Origin: a virus
Strand: one strand, 5' to 3'
Length of the DNA: 64,000 nucleotides
IMG/VR virus record: IMGVR_UViG_3300045988_133829
Span: 19,257 to 83,256 of that record
Shown: one piece after another, positions 44,170 to 54,301 of the stretch
Layout: the number at the start of each line of letters is the position of its first letter
How positions within the stretch are numbered: the stretch's first letter is position 1
Made by a program: the position numbers and the translations under genes
The notes under the pieces: generated by a model
What the model saw: the letters and a program-made list of their open reading frames with translations, nothing else
Told to the model about the DNA's origin: nothing
The model's database searches: none

Positions 44170-44516
44170 TGATTATAGATAGGGACATAATGCAAGAATA
44201 TCCTTTTGATGGAGTATTTTACACTTATGGGATTGATGGAAGCAAACCTGCCGATCAACAGGTAGAAGAAGAGATTATAGTCTTGGAAACTAAATGTGAT
44301 ATACAAGGGGCGCAGAAAGAAGATTCAGGTGTAATATCAAACGCATACAATGTGTATTTCCCTTTTGATAAATCAGTAGGTATATCAATAAAAAAAGGTC
44401 ATAAATTTAGGAGCAAGATGTATGGCTTCTCTATTACTGATGCTATCGTTATTGATATTATACCAACTCAATTAGGTGGTTGTGCGGTTTATGTAAAAGA
44501 TAATACTAGTGGATAA
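44169..44516 (+). CDS. head-tail joining protein candidate (115 aa)
   Basis: Synteny; start overlaps the upstream stop. Confidence 0.45.
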   Translation: MIIDRDIMQEYPFDGVFYTYGIDGSKPADQQVEEEIIVLETKCDIQGAQKEDSGVISNAYNVYFPFDKSVGISIKKGHKFRSKMYGFSITDAIVIDIIPTQLGGCAVYVKDNTSG

Positions 44517-44986
44517 TGAGACGTGTAAGTCCATATATTGATGATTTGGCGAAGAAATTAGCTATAAAAGGTCGGAACTTAATTGAAAAGGCTTATTTAG
44601 AGGCTGACTACAATAAGAATAAGACCCAAAATCTTCACGATAGTTATGGGAGTGCAGTTTTTTATAATGGCGAACTTTATCCAAATAGTAAAATGTATTT
44701 TAGTAAAGCTGCAACAACTTCTAAATACGATCCATATCAACAAGAGGCAATTACAGGTAGACAGGCTATCTCTGAATTTTTCGATGATTATAAGCCAAAA
44801 GATAAGGGAATGCAGCTTGTAGTTGCAGTAGCCATATTTTATGGTGGAATATTAGAATTAGGCGGAGGTAATTTACGTAGGAAATATAAAGTTATATCTA
44901 TGATTGGAGATGACATTAGAGCATTGGCACAAGAAGTAGGTAAAGCTAAAGTTTCTATAATTCAAAACGGGAAAGTAAATGGATAA
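44516..44986 (+). CDS. head-tail joining/neck protein candidate (156 aa)
   Basis: Synteny; start overlaps the upstream stop. Confidence 0.45.
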   Translation: MRRVSPYIDDLAKKLAIKGRNLIEKAYLEADYNKNKTQNLHDSYGSAVFYNGELYPNSKMYFSKAATTSKYDPYQQEAITGRQAISEFFDDYKPKDKGMQLVVAVAIFYGGILELGGGNLRRKYKVISMIGDDIRALAQEVGKAKVSIIQNGKVNG

Positions 44987-45371
44987 GAATTTATTAAATA
45001 TATCAACTATTGAAACCTTTTTCAATGAATTATTGGATGAAAAAGTATCTTCTAATACTTTCTTTACAACTGTCCCTACAAATATTGATACTACTTGGTC
45101 TGACCTTGTTGTGATTGACTGTGCTAATTCTATCCAAGATTTGAATGCCTATGGTGTAGGAACTGTATTAGTTTGGTTATATGCAAAGCCATTCAGCAAT
45201 GGACGTAAGAATGTTGCTGTAATGTCTAAACTCGAAAAAGCTCTAAATGAAGCTTTAGAAAACAATAAAAATGCGTCTTATGCAGTTAGCAAGAAAGGCA
45301 CATTTGCTGATTTTGACAGTGATGCTAAGATGCATTGTAATATAGTAGAAATTCAATTATTAATCGTTTAA
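44979..45371 (+). CDS. tail terminator/completion protein candidate (130 aa)
   Basis: Synteny, immediately upstream of the tail tube gene. Confidence 0.45.
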   Translation: MDKNLLNISTIETFFNELLDEKVSSNTFFTTVPTNIDTTWSDLVVIDCANSIQDLNAYGVGTVLVWLYAKPFSNGRKNVAVMSKLEKALNEALENNKNASYAVSKKGTFADFDSDAKMHCNIVEIQLLIV

Positions 45372-45384
45372 AAATAAAAAAATT

Positions 45385-45984
45385 ATGGCATTAACAGTTA
45401 CAGAGACTAGAAAAGATAATGCTAACTCCATTATCTACAATCCCAAGTTTTTATATGTAACACCGTATGTAGATGGCAAACCCGGTACAAAAACTTGGCA
45501 ATGTATGGATATTATTCGTGATTCAACAACTATCACACAAGAGGATAATACTGAAAATCCTATTGAAAATGAATTATCTTCAACTCCAATCATTAATAAC
45601 ATTCAAGCAGGTAACTATACGTTTACTACTGAAATTGGAGATTTGCAGGCAGAACTCTTAAAAGATTTGCTAGGATTTACCATTGGTACAAGTAAGAACG
45701 CCTATGCGCCTGATGGCTATGTAGAGAAATTTGCTCGTATCGACATGGTATTTCAAAATGGCAGTAAATATACCGCTGTTGTATTGCCGAAATTGCAATT
45801 GAGTCCGACAATTACTCTTGATTCAATGAGTACTTCTATCGGTCGTATTGCTCTTGGCGGATCAGCGCAGGCTGTTCAGTTCAAATATGGGTCAGATACT
45901 GCAACATTGACTCCTTTGGCTATGATTTATGATTATACCGTTCCGCCTACAGATATGTCATTAGATGGCACGGGGGGAGCGTAA
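45385..45984 (+). CDS. major tail (tube) protein (199 aa)
   Basis: Position immediately upstream of the chaperone pair and tape measure; no sheath gene present. Confidence 0.55.
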   Translation: MALTVTETRKDNANSIIYNPKFLYVTPYVDGKPGTKTWQCMDIIRDSTTITQEDNTENPIENELSSTPIINNIQAGNYTFTTEIGDLQAELLKDLLGFTIGTSKNAYAPDGYVEKFARIDMVFQNGSKYTAVVLPKLQLSPTITLDSMSTSIGRIALGGSAQAVQFKYGSDTATLTPLAMIYDYTVPPTDMSLDGTGGA

Positions 45985-46129
45985 GGGAATCAGTATCTCC
46001 GGCTAATTCCCTAGAAAGCTCAATCGGAGAAACAGCGGTAGCTTCTAATAGAGTTACGTCTAAAAATAAAAATACAATTCTTTAATAAAAGGGAGGGAGG
46101 TTACTCCTTCCCTTGTTTTTTTAAAAGAT

Positions 46130-46663
46130 ATGACAAATAGTAAAATAACATATAAAACGATAAAAGATCCTGTTTCTGATGAAGCTATGGAACGTCTTGT
46201 ACAGATTATGACTGACAGCCCTAGCCTTTTAAAATTAAAAGATACAGAATGGGAAATTACAGCATTGAAACCCGGTATAATGTGGCTGATAGCTAAAGAA
46301 GCCGCACAAATAAATAAAGTAGAAAAGGCGACCTTTAGTGATGTATTACAAGGTCTTTCTATCAATATGCCATCTGTCTGTCGTATTCTGACGCTTGCTT
46401 TGTTGAATAATAAAAACCATATTAAAAGTGGTGACCCTGAATATGACAAAGTATATGATGCTCTGTTTTGGGAGTGTGAAGACATGAAAGATTGGGCTAC
46501 TATTCTATTTGAAGTTCTTAACTTATTGTCAGTTGAGTTTTTTTTTGCAATTACAGAGTTGACACAGACGTTCCGCCAAATGACACTGGAAAGAAAGACG
46601 AAGATGGAAGAACGAAAACAGTCATCGCAAGAACAAGCTACGGGGAAATGTTTGATTTTATAA
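46130..46663 (+). CDS. tail assembly chaperone (G-like)
   Basis: First of two overlapping ORFs between the tube and tape-measure genes. Confidence 0.6.
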   Translation: MTNSKITYKTIKDPVSDEAMERLVQIMTDSPSLLKLKDTEWEITALKPGIMWLIAKEAAQINKVEKATFSDVLQGLSINMPSVCRILTLALLNNKNHIKSGDPEYDKVYDALFWECEDMKDWATILFEVLNLLSVEFFFAITELTQTFRQMTLERKTKMEERKQSSQEQATGKCLIL

Positions 46664-46860
46664 AAGCTTATCCTTCTGTTACAATGGAACAATACATGTG
46701 GCACATGACAGTTCCTCAAATATTGCTAGCACAATACGATACAACTCATATTGAATATTTGTCAGAAGAACAGGCTAAAAAAGACAAAGCACCAAAAATA
46801 AATTCAGCCGACGACTTATTTAAAAACGATTTTGGCATACCAATTTTTAATCAAAAATAA
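46648..46860 (+). CDS. tail assembly chaperone -1 frame extension (T-like)
   Basis: In the -1 frame relative to 46130..46663 and overlaps its last 16 nt; GGGGAAA at 46642-46648. Confidence 0.5.
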   Translation: MFDFIKAYPSVTMEQYMWHMTVPQILLAQYDTTHIEYLSEEQAKKDKAPKINSADDLFKNDFGIPIFNQK

Positions 46861-46869
46861 ATAATAACA

Positions 46870-49800
46870 ATGGGAGCAACAGGATATGTATTAACAATAC
46901 CTGATGAGGTATTAAAGAAACTAGAATTAGCAGATACTAAAATAAATGCTATAGCTGAAAGTAGCGAAAAAACAGCAAACAGGTTCAATCAAGCATTTTC
47001 GAGCATGGCTTTATCTGTTGACCCATTGATAAAACGGCTTGATGCATTAAAAAATATAGGTAAATTAGATTTAGGGTCAGGGTTAAAAAAATACACGAGT
47101 GATTCGGAAAAGGCTGCTGCTGGAATAGCCGAAGTTGCGAATAAGCTGAATCAATTAAAATATATATCTTCTCAATCATCGTCTGCCAATAATTCTGTTT
47201 TGGCATGGCAAGGTATTAATGAGAACTTAAAGATACAACAACAGCGGTTAGATGCAATAAATCGCTCAATCAAAGAATATGAAAATACTTTATCTCAAAT
47301 ACAAAGTGGTAAGGGTGGTGTGTTATCAAAAGAAGATCAGTCTAATTACGCTTCAAATCTAGCCGAAGCTGAATCAATCAAACAAACAATAGCATTATAT
47401 CAACAAAAACAACAAGCGATTGTAAATTACCAGTTAGAGCAAAAGAAGGTAGCTGACAATTTAGCTAAACTAAAAAGTTTAGAATCCGACTCAAAATCTT
47501 TGCCTGAACAAAGAAAACGTGAAGAATTAGAAAGATTGAATGCTTTATATAGAAGTGGTCAATCCTTACTGCAAAAACAAGCGAAGGCGGAAGATGAACT
47601 TGGTAAAGCTGCTCAAAAGGTTGCAATAGCATTAGATAAAGCTGCGAAAGCCGAAGAAAAGAAAAATAGCGCAAGAGCAAATAAGGCTAATCAAGAAGCA
47701 GCAAGAGCCGAAGAACAATACGCAAGAGCATTAAATAAAAGCGAGGTCACTATTGTTCAACGGGCAAGAAAGATTGAAGCATTAGCTAATGCACAAAGAG
47801 CCTTAAACTCTACTGGACGAGATTACTCTTCCCAATTATCTAAAATAGCATCGGAAACACAACGGCTTCAACAAGCAAATGATAATGTTGCAAAAAGTAT
47901 GGAACGAGTTAAAAGATCTCAAAGTAGTGTACTCAATACTACCGATCAATTAACTAGGAAAATAGCATTATTATTTAGCGTTTCAGCTATACAGGGATAT
48001 GTGGAAAAGCTAGTTTCTGTACGAGGAGAATTTGAACTACAGCAAAGAGCATTGCAAGCAATTTTGCAAAACAAAGATGAGGCAAACGCTTTATGGGAAA
48101 AAACAGTGGCATTAGCTGTTAAATCACCATTCCAAGTAAAAGAATTGGTAACTTATACAAAACAATTAGCAGCATATAAAATTGAAGCTGATAAACTATA
48201 TGATACGACCAAAATGCTTGCTGACGTATCAGCAGGATTAGGTGTAGACATGGGGCGTCTTATTCTTGCATACGGGCAAGTAAAAGCTGCTAATTATTTA
48301 CGTGCGTCAGAAGTAAGACAATTTACAGAAGCTGGTGTCGGATTGCTTCAAGAGCTTGCCACTATGTATACAGAACTAGAGGGTCGTATGGTATCTGTTG
48401 GCGAAGTCCAAGCTAGAATAACTAAACGTATGGTTGCCTTTGGTGATGTAGAAGAAGTTTTTAAACGGATTACGTCAGCAGGAGGTATATTTTATAACAT
48501 GCAAGAAATCCAAGCCGAGACATTGGCAGGTATGATTTCCAATCTTAAAGATAACTTTGATGTTATGTTTAATGAGATAGGAAAGGCTAATGATGGAGTT
48601 TTGAAAGGATTTATCAATATATTAAATACTATAGTTGCACAATGGAGAGATTTTGCAATAGCATTAAATACCGCAGGCGCAGTTTTTGTTACATATTCTA
48701 TAAAAGCTGCAATAGCAGCAGCAGCGAATAGAAAGATTGGCGTATCGGCAGCCGAAGCAATGATAGCACAAGGTGGATTAACTAAAGCTATTGGGTATAC
48801 TAGAAATGCTCTAATAAAATCATTTAATTTTGTAAAGGCAAACCCGTGGATTCTTGTAGCTACAGCTATTGCAGGAACTATCTTCTATCTAAAAGATTTA
48901 ACAGAAAGACTTGACGAAACTCGTGCTACATACGATGTTTTAAATAATCAAATAGATACTCAAAAAAGCAATCTTGAATCTTTAACAAATAAAATAGAGA
49001 AGCAAGTTAAGGCACAAGAAGATGCAGAATCTTCTTTATCAAACGTAAAGAAGGGAACGCAAGAATATAAAGAAGCCGAACAAAAAGCTAATGAAGAAAG
49101 AGAAAAAACGCAGAAACTTTTAAATATACTAAAAACGCAATATCCCGAAGTATACGCAAAGGTAATGCAGAATAAAGAAGGTATAAAATCATTAGCATCT
49201 GAACAAAAAAAATACAATGATGAACTTGAAAGAACGCAGACCTTAAATCGCTTAATGCAAGCAGGAATTCCTTTATTTGGAGATAGTTTTAGAGAACAAG
49301 CAGAATCTTATACACAATCTTTAGATAGACAAAAAAAAGCTATCAAAAATCTAACAGGAGATTATGATTCTTTAGTAAAAGAAATCCAATTCCTATTTAA
49401 AACGGAAAAAGAAATACCAGATTCTATTAAAACACAGGTTAATTCAATAATAAATAGTAATACGACTATTGAAGAAAAAACACAGGCTCTTTTAGCATAC
49501 GCTAGATCATTGGCGACGCATACTCAAACATCAAATCGTATGCTCAATAATCTAAGGATTACAGCTGAAAAATCACTTGAAGATTTAGAAGATGCTAATA
49601 AAAATAGAGTAGTTCAAATGCAGGAGATGAACAAAAGTTATGTTTCTTTAAGAGATAACGCTCTTAAAGAAGCAAATATTACATTAGCTGAATTTAAAGC
49701 TTTATCAAAAGAGCAACAAGAAGATTTAGGAAAGAGAATGGCAACATTTATAAAATCTTCTGCCGGGGCGGAAAGCAATTTTGCACGCTTTTTTTTAAAA

Positions 49801-52677
49801 AATAGAATAAAACAAGATTTAGGTATTAGCATTTCTTATGACGAAAAGGAAGTCGAGAAAGAAATGACCGACCTGCAAAAAAAACTATCTGAATATGTAA
49901 ATGAATATAATAATAAGCCTGAAATAAAAGGGAAAAACGCTTTAAAATTACCAATTGTTACAGCAGAAACAGATGTAGAAGAATATAGAGATAAAATTTT
50001 TGCAGCTGGTAAAGCCTTAATTGAAGCAGCGCAGGAAAATGCCAATTCAGTTGAGAATCTTGCACCTCATATAGACAAGAATCAAAAAGTCGCAATTCAG
50101 TTAGCAAAATCAGCTGGGGAGGCTCAACAAGCTCTAGCTAAACTTTTTGGATATACGGATAAGAAAGGCGAAAAAGCCGGAGAGACAGCCTATGAGCGTA
50201 AGATAAAGGCTCAATTAGACTTATTGAAAAAAATGCAATCTCAATATGAGAAGCTAAGACAGACAATGGGAGAAGAAGATGCTACAAGCACTATAACTTC
50301 ATCTTTTGGAACAGCTTATCAAAAATTATTCAATAAGCCATTAAAACTTAAATTTGATAAGGCTTCGATAGCTAATGAGATGGAGTCCATTTCTAATACT
50401 ATTAGTGGTAAATCTGCGGAAGCATTAAAGAGAAGTTGGCAAAATACCATTGGTGAATTACGTTCAGAAATTACAGTTTCAGCGACTCTTGATAATATCA
50501 GTGAATTTGAACGTCAAATGGACTCAATGTTTAATAGTTATCAACTGTATATCGAATTGGAGGCTAAAGGTGTTCCTAAAGATCTGATTCAAAATCTGTT
50601 TGGCATTGATGTAACTACGTTGGACGATATAGCTAGAGCGTTAGAGGAAAAATATCCCGATGTTACAAAATTAGGAGAAAAAGAACTTGATTCTTATTTC
50701 AAGATACAGAAAAAAATAACTGATAATCAAAAGAACGAACTTAAAAGACGTTCTGATTTATTGTATAATTATTTAGAACAATCTGTAGACAAGGTTAAAC
50801 AAGTACAAAATTCAGGAGCACTGGAAATCAGCTTTGCCACTGATTTCTTTAATAAAGGAAGCTTGAATGCCGAACAATATGCGACAGTCGTTAAAAATGT
50901 CACAGAGAAAGTAAATAAGGAAGTTAGCAAGATTAATACAGATAAGTTCAAAGAAACTCCTGAATATATTCAAGCTATGGGGGACTTATCCGCTTATTCT
51001 GCTTCTCAATTAGAAGTAATGATAGCTAGAATGCAGGAGCTTATAAACTCTTCTGCCGGAAATCTAAATGCATCAGATTTGAAAGTATATACAGATTTGA
51101 TAGATAAGATACAAGACAGATTAAAGCAGATTAAATCTCCGTTTAGTAAAAATGCTTTTGCAGAATTTAGAGAACTAAAAAGACTACAAGCGGAATTTAA
51201 TGCAGAAACAGAAAGATATAATCAACTGTTGAGAGAGCAGAAAATTGCTAAAGATAGACTTGAAAGCGCAAAAACAGAAGCCGAACAAGCTAGAGGTAGA
51301 GTTGGAATAGATGCGTCCGCAAAAGATGACCTTATAGCAGCTACAGAGAGTTTGCAAGATGCTAATAGTGCTTTAAATAATTCTAATGATAAATTGAACA
51401 TTTCACAAGGTAAACTGTCTAACATATCCGGTAAAATGGGACAGATACAGGGTGGAATGAGTGCAGCCATGTCAATGATTGACAAGATAGTTACAGGAAT
51501 CTATCAATCTATCAACGCTACCATTGACATAATGAATCAATTTAAAGAACTTCAAGAATCACAAGGCGTTGATACGTCCAAAGGAGGATGGAGAGAAGCG
51601 GCACAAGCAGGAGAATTATTGGGTAATGTAAACGAAAAAGTTATGTCCTCTTGGAATAATTTCAAGAGTGGTAATATTGCTGGAGCAGTAGCCGATGCGG
51701 TTGGCTCTATAACATCTATTTTCACAACATTAAATAAGCAACATGATGCTAGAAGAGAGCAAACCATTCAAAAGGAAATAAAGCAAGTAGAAAAGCTTCA
51801 AAAGGCTTATCAAAGATTAGGTAATGCAATAGAAAATGCATATACTATTGATACTCTGAATATGAGTACTGAAAATGCTCAACGTAATATTCAAGACCAA
51901 ATAAAGAGTTATCAAAATATGATAGCTGCCGAAGAAGATAAGAAAGATACAGATTGGGATAGAATAGATGAATGGAAAGAAGCTATAATTGATTTGCAAG
52001 AACAGGCAGATCAACTTAGGAGTCAGAAACTTAATGAATTAGGAGGTTTTGGTAGCGGAGCAGACATGAAATCTGCCGCAGAAGAATTTGCATCTGCTTG
52101 GCTAGAAGCCTATAAAGAAACAGGCGATGGATTAACAGCATTAGAAGATAAATGGGATGAATATATCAATAATATAATTATGAAACAGTTGGCTCTAAGA
52201 GGAATAGAAAAATTCTTAGAACCGATAATGAATAAATTGGATAATATGATTGGAGACGATTCTTATCTATCTAATGATGAATTGAAAGAGCTTCAAGACG
52301 ATATTGATAAGACTATGCCAGCCTTGAATGAATATTGGAAAAAGCTTGCAGAAAGTTTTAAAATACCAATTGTCGATGAAGGCGGCTCTGATAATGCTTC
52401 TACCTTAAGTAAGAGTGTGCAAGGTGTCACAGAGTCAACTGCTAATGTGATTGAAGCATATTTAAATTCTATGCGATTCTTTGTGTCAGATAGCAATATG
52501 GTTCTAAATAATTTCTATATGGCATTTACAAGTATAGACCCATTGCTAAACCCAATGTATAGTGAACTAAATAATCAGACTAAATTGTTGAGAAGTATAG
52601 ATGAAAGATTAGCAAGTGTAATCACTTATAGTGGCGACCATCCTAATGGAGGTGCTGCGTTAAAAACTGTTATATAA
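46870..52677 (+). CDS. tape measure protein (1935 aa)
   Basis: Very long alpha-helical/coiled-coil protein with a central hydrophobic segment, directly after the chaperone pair. Confidence 0.9.
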   Translation: MGATGYVLTIPDEVLKKLELADTKINAIAESSEKTANRFNQAFSSMALSVDPLIKRLDALKNIGKLDLGSGLKKYTSDSEKAAAGIAEVANKLNQLKYISSQSSSANNSVLAWQGINENLKIQQQRLDAINRSIKEYENTLSQIQSGKGGVLSKEDQSNYASNLAEAESIKQTIALYQQKQQAIVNYQLEQKKVADNLAKLKSLESDSKSLPEQRKREELERLNALYRSGQSLLQKQAKAEDELGKAAQKVAIALDKAAKAEEKKNSARANKANQEAARAEEQYARALNKSEVTIVQRARKIEALANAQRALNSTGRDYSSQLSKIASETQRLQQANDNVAKSMERVKRSQSSVLNTTDQLTRKIALLFSVSAIQGYVEKLVSVRGEFELQQRALQAILQNKDEANALWEKTVALAVKSPFQVKELVTYTKQLAAYKIEADKLYDTTKMLADVSAGLGVDMGRLILAYGQVKAANYLRASEVRQFTEAGVGLLQELATMYTELEGRMVSVGEVQARITKRMVAFGDVEEVFKRITSAGGIFYNMQEIQAETLAGMISNLKDNFDVMFNEIGKANDGVLKGFINILNTIVAQWRDFAIALNTAGAVFVTYSIKAAIAAAANRKIGVSAAEAMIAQGGLTKAIGYTRNALIKSFNFVKANPWILVATAIAGTIFYLKDLTERLDETRATYDVLNNQIDTQKSNLESLTNKIEKQVKAQEDAESSLSNVKKGTQEYKEAEQKANEEREKTQKLLNILKTQYPEVYAKVMQNKEGIKSLASEQKKYNDELERTQTLNRLMQAGIPLFGDSFREQAESYTQSLDRQKKAIKNLTGDYDSLVKEIQFLFKTEKEIPDSIKTQVNSIINSNTTIEEKTQALLAYARSLATHTQTSNRMLNNLRITAEKSLEDLEDANKNRVVQMQEMNKSYVSLRDNALKEANITLAEFKALSKEQQEDLGKRMATFIKSSAGAESNFARFFLKNRIKQDLGISISYDEKEVEKEMTDLQKKLSEYVNEYNNKPEIKGKNALKLPIVTAETDVEEYRDKIFAAGKALIEAAQENANSVENLAPHIDKNQKVAIQLAKSAGEAQQALAKLFGYTDKKGEKAGETAYERKIKAQLDLLKKMQSQYEKLRQTMGEEDATSTITSSFGTAYQKLFNKPLKLKFDKASIANEMESISNTISGKSAEALKRSWQNTIGELRSEITVSATLDNISEFERQMDSMFNSYQLYIELEAKGVPKDLIQNLFGIDVTTLDDIARALEEKYPDVTKLGEKELDSYFKIQKKITDNQKNELKRRSDLLYNYLEQSVDKVKQVQNSGALEISFATDFFNKGSLNAEQYATVVKNVTEKVNKEVSKINTDKFKETPEYIQAMGDLSAYSASQLEVMIARMQELINSSAGNLNASDLKVYTDLIDKIQDRLKQIKSPFSKNAFAEFRELKRLQAEFNAETERYNQLLREQKIAKDRLESAKTEAEQARGRVGIDASAKDDLIAATESLQDANSALNNSNDKLNISQGKLSNISGKMGQIQGGMSAAMSMIDKIVTGIYQSINATIDIMNQFKELQESQGVDTSKGGWREAAQAGELLGNVNEKVMSSWNNFKSGNIAGAVADAVGSITSIFTTLNKQHDARREQTIQKEIKQVEKLQKAYQRLGNAIENAYTIDTLNMSTENAQRNIQDQIKSYQNMIAAEEDKKDTDWDRIDEWKEAIIDLQEQADQLRSQKLNELGGFGSGADMKSAAEEFASAWLEAYKETGDGLTALEDKWDEYINNIIMKQLALRGIEKFLEPIMNKLDNMIGDDSYLSNDELKELQDDIDKTMPALNEYWKKLAESFKIPIVDEGGSDNASTLSKSVQGVTESTANVIEAYLNSMRFFVSDSNMVLNNFYMAFTSIDPLLNPMYSELNNQTKLLRSIDERLASVITYSGDHPNGGAALKTVI

Positions 52678-52711
52678 TACTTCAACTAAAGCCACCTTTT
52701 GGATTTTTGAT

Positions 52712-52719
52712 TATATTTG
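52712..52719 (+). promoter_or_regulatory. candidate -7 promoter element TATATTTG for the free-standing HNH/AP2 gene
   Basis: Read directly, 11 nt upstream of the ATG at 52730. Confidence 0.4.
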
Positions 52720-52729
52720 CTGAAAAAAA

Positions 52730-53446
52730 ATGAAAAAAGGAGATGTTTTTTATAATAAATATGGTAAATATATTGTAGATGATTTACTTCCAAATAGTAA
52801 ATGTATAATATTTTGGGAAGATTTTAATCAAAAAAATATCGTATTTAGATATAACGCTAAAAAGGGTAAAGTTAAACCTAAATTGAATGGTAACGAAGTA
52901 AAATTTAAAAGCGGCTTTTTCCCATCCAAATTAAATGGTAAGCATACTGTTTATTATAATGTTTGGATGGGAATACGTAAAAGATGTCTTAATAAAGATA
53001 GGAGGCATCCATCTTATTCCAACTGTATAATTTGTGAAGAATGGCTAGACTTTCAAAAATTTGCTAAATGGTATGATGAAAATTATAAAGAAGGATATAA
53101 CATAGACAAAGACATTCTTATCAAAGGGAATAAGGTTTATTCTCCTGAAACCTGTTGTGTAGTTCCTAAAGAAATTAATTTAGCAGTCATGAATGATAAA
53201 AATAGGAGAGGTAAATATCCAATAGGAATGTATTTTGATAAAGGAAATAATGTTTTCCAAGCAAGAATATCAAAATATGGTATTCCTACATATCTTGGTT
53301 GTTATAATAGCACAGATGAAGCTTTTGAAGTTTATAAAAAAGCTAAAGAAGATTATTTAAAGGAATTAGCGAATAAATATAAAGAAAATATATCAGAAGC
53401 AGTTTATAACGCATTAATGAATTACAAAGTTGAAATAACAGACTAG
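52730..53446 (+). CDS. HNH-like/AP2-domain homing-endonuclease-like protein (238 aa)
   Basis: Same W..M..R.RC / C.EW / DKD...N / AP2-like YLGCYNSTDEAFEVY architecture as 40000..41001; the two end alike, NALMNYKVEITD here versus NALMNYEVEITD there. Confidence 0.6.
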   Translation: MKKGDVFYNKYGKYIVDDLLPNSKCIIFWEDFNQKNIVFRYNAKKGKVKPKLNGNEVKFKSGFFPSKLNGKHTVYYNVWMGIRKRCLNKDRRHPSYSNCIICEEWLDFQKFAKWYDENYKEGYNIDKDILIKGNKVYSPETCCVVPKEINLAVMNDKNRRGKYPIGMYFDKGNNVFQARISKYGIPTYLGCYNSTDEAFEVYKKAKEDYLKELANKYKENISEAVYNALMNYKVEITD

Positions 53447-53466
53447 TATTGTTTTCAGGAAAGAGT

Positions 53467-53486
53467 AGCCGGATTAATTTCCGGCT
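53467..53486. terminator. hairpin between convergent genes
   Basis: agccgga / tccggct 7-bp stem; overlaps the last codons of 53474..54301. Confidence 0.5.
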
Positions 53487-54301
53487 TTCTTATATCCCAA
53501 TGATGCTAGTAATTTTCGTATACCTTCTACACCTTTTTGATATACTATTGTTTTGAAGTTAATACAAATATCTCCACTTTTCTTAGTAAATTGAGTTTCT
53601 ATTACTCTAAACCATCCTAAATCAATATAACGTTGCATTGGTTGATTATTCCCTTGTAATATCTTGTTGTTTCTAAGAATCTCAAATAGATTATTTCTAC
53701 CAATACCCATATTTAATACTTTGGCAACTGTTGCCATGTCACAAGCATCTTTACTATCAGTAACTTGGTCAAAGAACTCTTCTTTCGGTTTCATTTCTTC
53801 AATTCGAGCTTGTTGTTTTTCCAATTGCTCTGCTTGTTCGGCAGCTAATCTTAGAGCTTCGGCAAAAGTTTTAGGCAAAACTATATTGTTTATAGCCTTA
53901 TGAAATACTTGTCGATATACTTCAAATACAGGTCTTACTTTACGAGCTATAAAGAACTCTAAACAAGAGACGGATAATTTGTAATCAACCTTGTTATTTC
54001 CACCCCATGAATTTTCTAAATCTTGCTGCGCATCTTTGCGCACCGACTGATAATCAACGCCTTCTATGAATTGGTCATTTGATGTTAATGCTCTTACAGC
54101 TTCTTGTTTTCTTCCATAAACAAGCATCCAAACATCATCAAGATTGACAGGAAACTCATTGTTAGATTGAGATAATTCAAGTACTGCATTAAAGTATGTT
54201 TTCAATTCCTCATTAGAACTTTCTTTTGATAAGATGATATTGTTCATAATAGTATAAAAAGAATGTTCCGAAAAGAGCCACAACACATCTTCCCGGAACA
54301 C
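53474..54301 (-). CDS. antirepressor-like protein (KilAC/ANT C-terminal domain)
   Basis: C-terminal MATVAKVLNMGIGRNNLFEILRNNKILQGNNQPMQRYIDLGWFRVIE...VYQKGVEGIRKLL fits the ANT/KilAC pattern. Confidence 0.7.
   Translation of the reverse strand: MFREDVLWLFSEHSFYTIMNNIILSKESSNEELKTYFNAVLELSQSNNEFPVNLDDVWMLVYGRKQEAVRALTSNDQFIEGVDYQSVRKDAQQDLENSWGGNNKVDYKLSVSCLEFFIARKVRPVFEVYRQVFHKAINNIVLPKTFAEALRLAAEQAEQLEKQQARIEEMKPKEEFFDQVTDSKDACDMATVAKVLNMGIGRNNLFEILRNNKILQGNNQPMQRYIDLGWFRVIETQFTKKSGDICINFKTIVYQKGVEGIRKLLASLGYKKAGN

Noticed and set aside
46060-46719. 219-aa minus-strand ORF
   Set aside because: It is antisense to the tail chaperone pair in a strictly plus-strand operon. It is a shadow ORF.
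46985-52496. Numerous 60-90-aa minus-strand ORFs inside the tape-measure gene
   Set aside because: All are antisense to a continuous 1935-codon ORF. Their biased composition explains the open antisense frames.
40004-53442. Treating the 26-bp inverted identity at the ends of the two HNH/AP2 genes as a site-specific inversion site like the fibre IR
   Set aside because: The identity is explained by the conserved C-terminal peptide (MNY.VEITD) of paralogous genes, and flanking similarity decays at synonymous positions. It is kept only as a possible substrate for rare homologous recombination.
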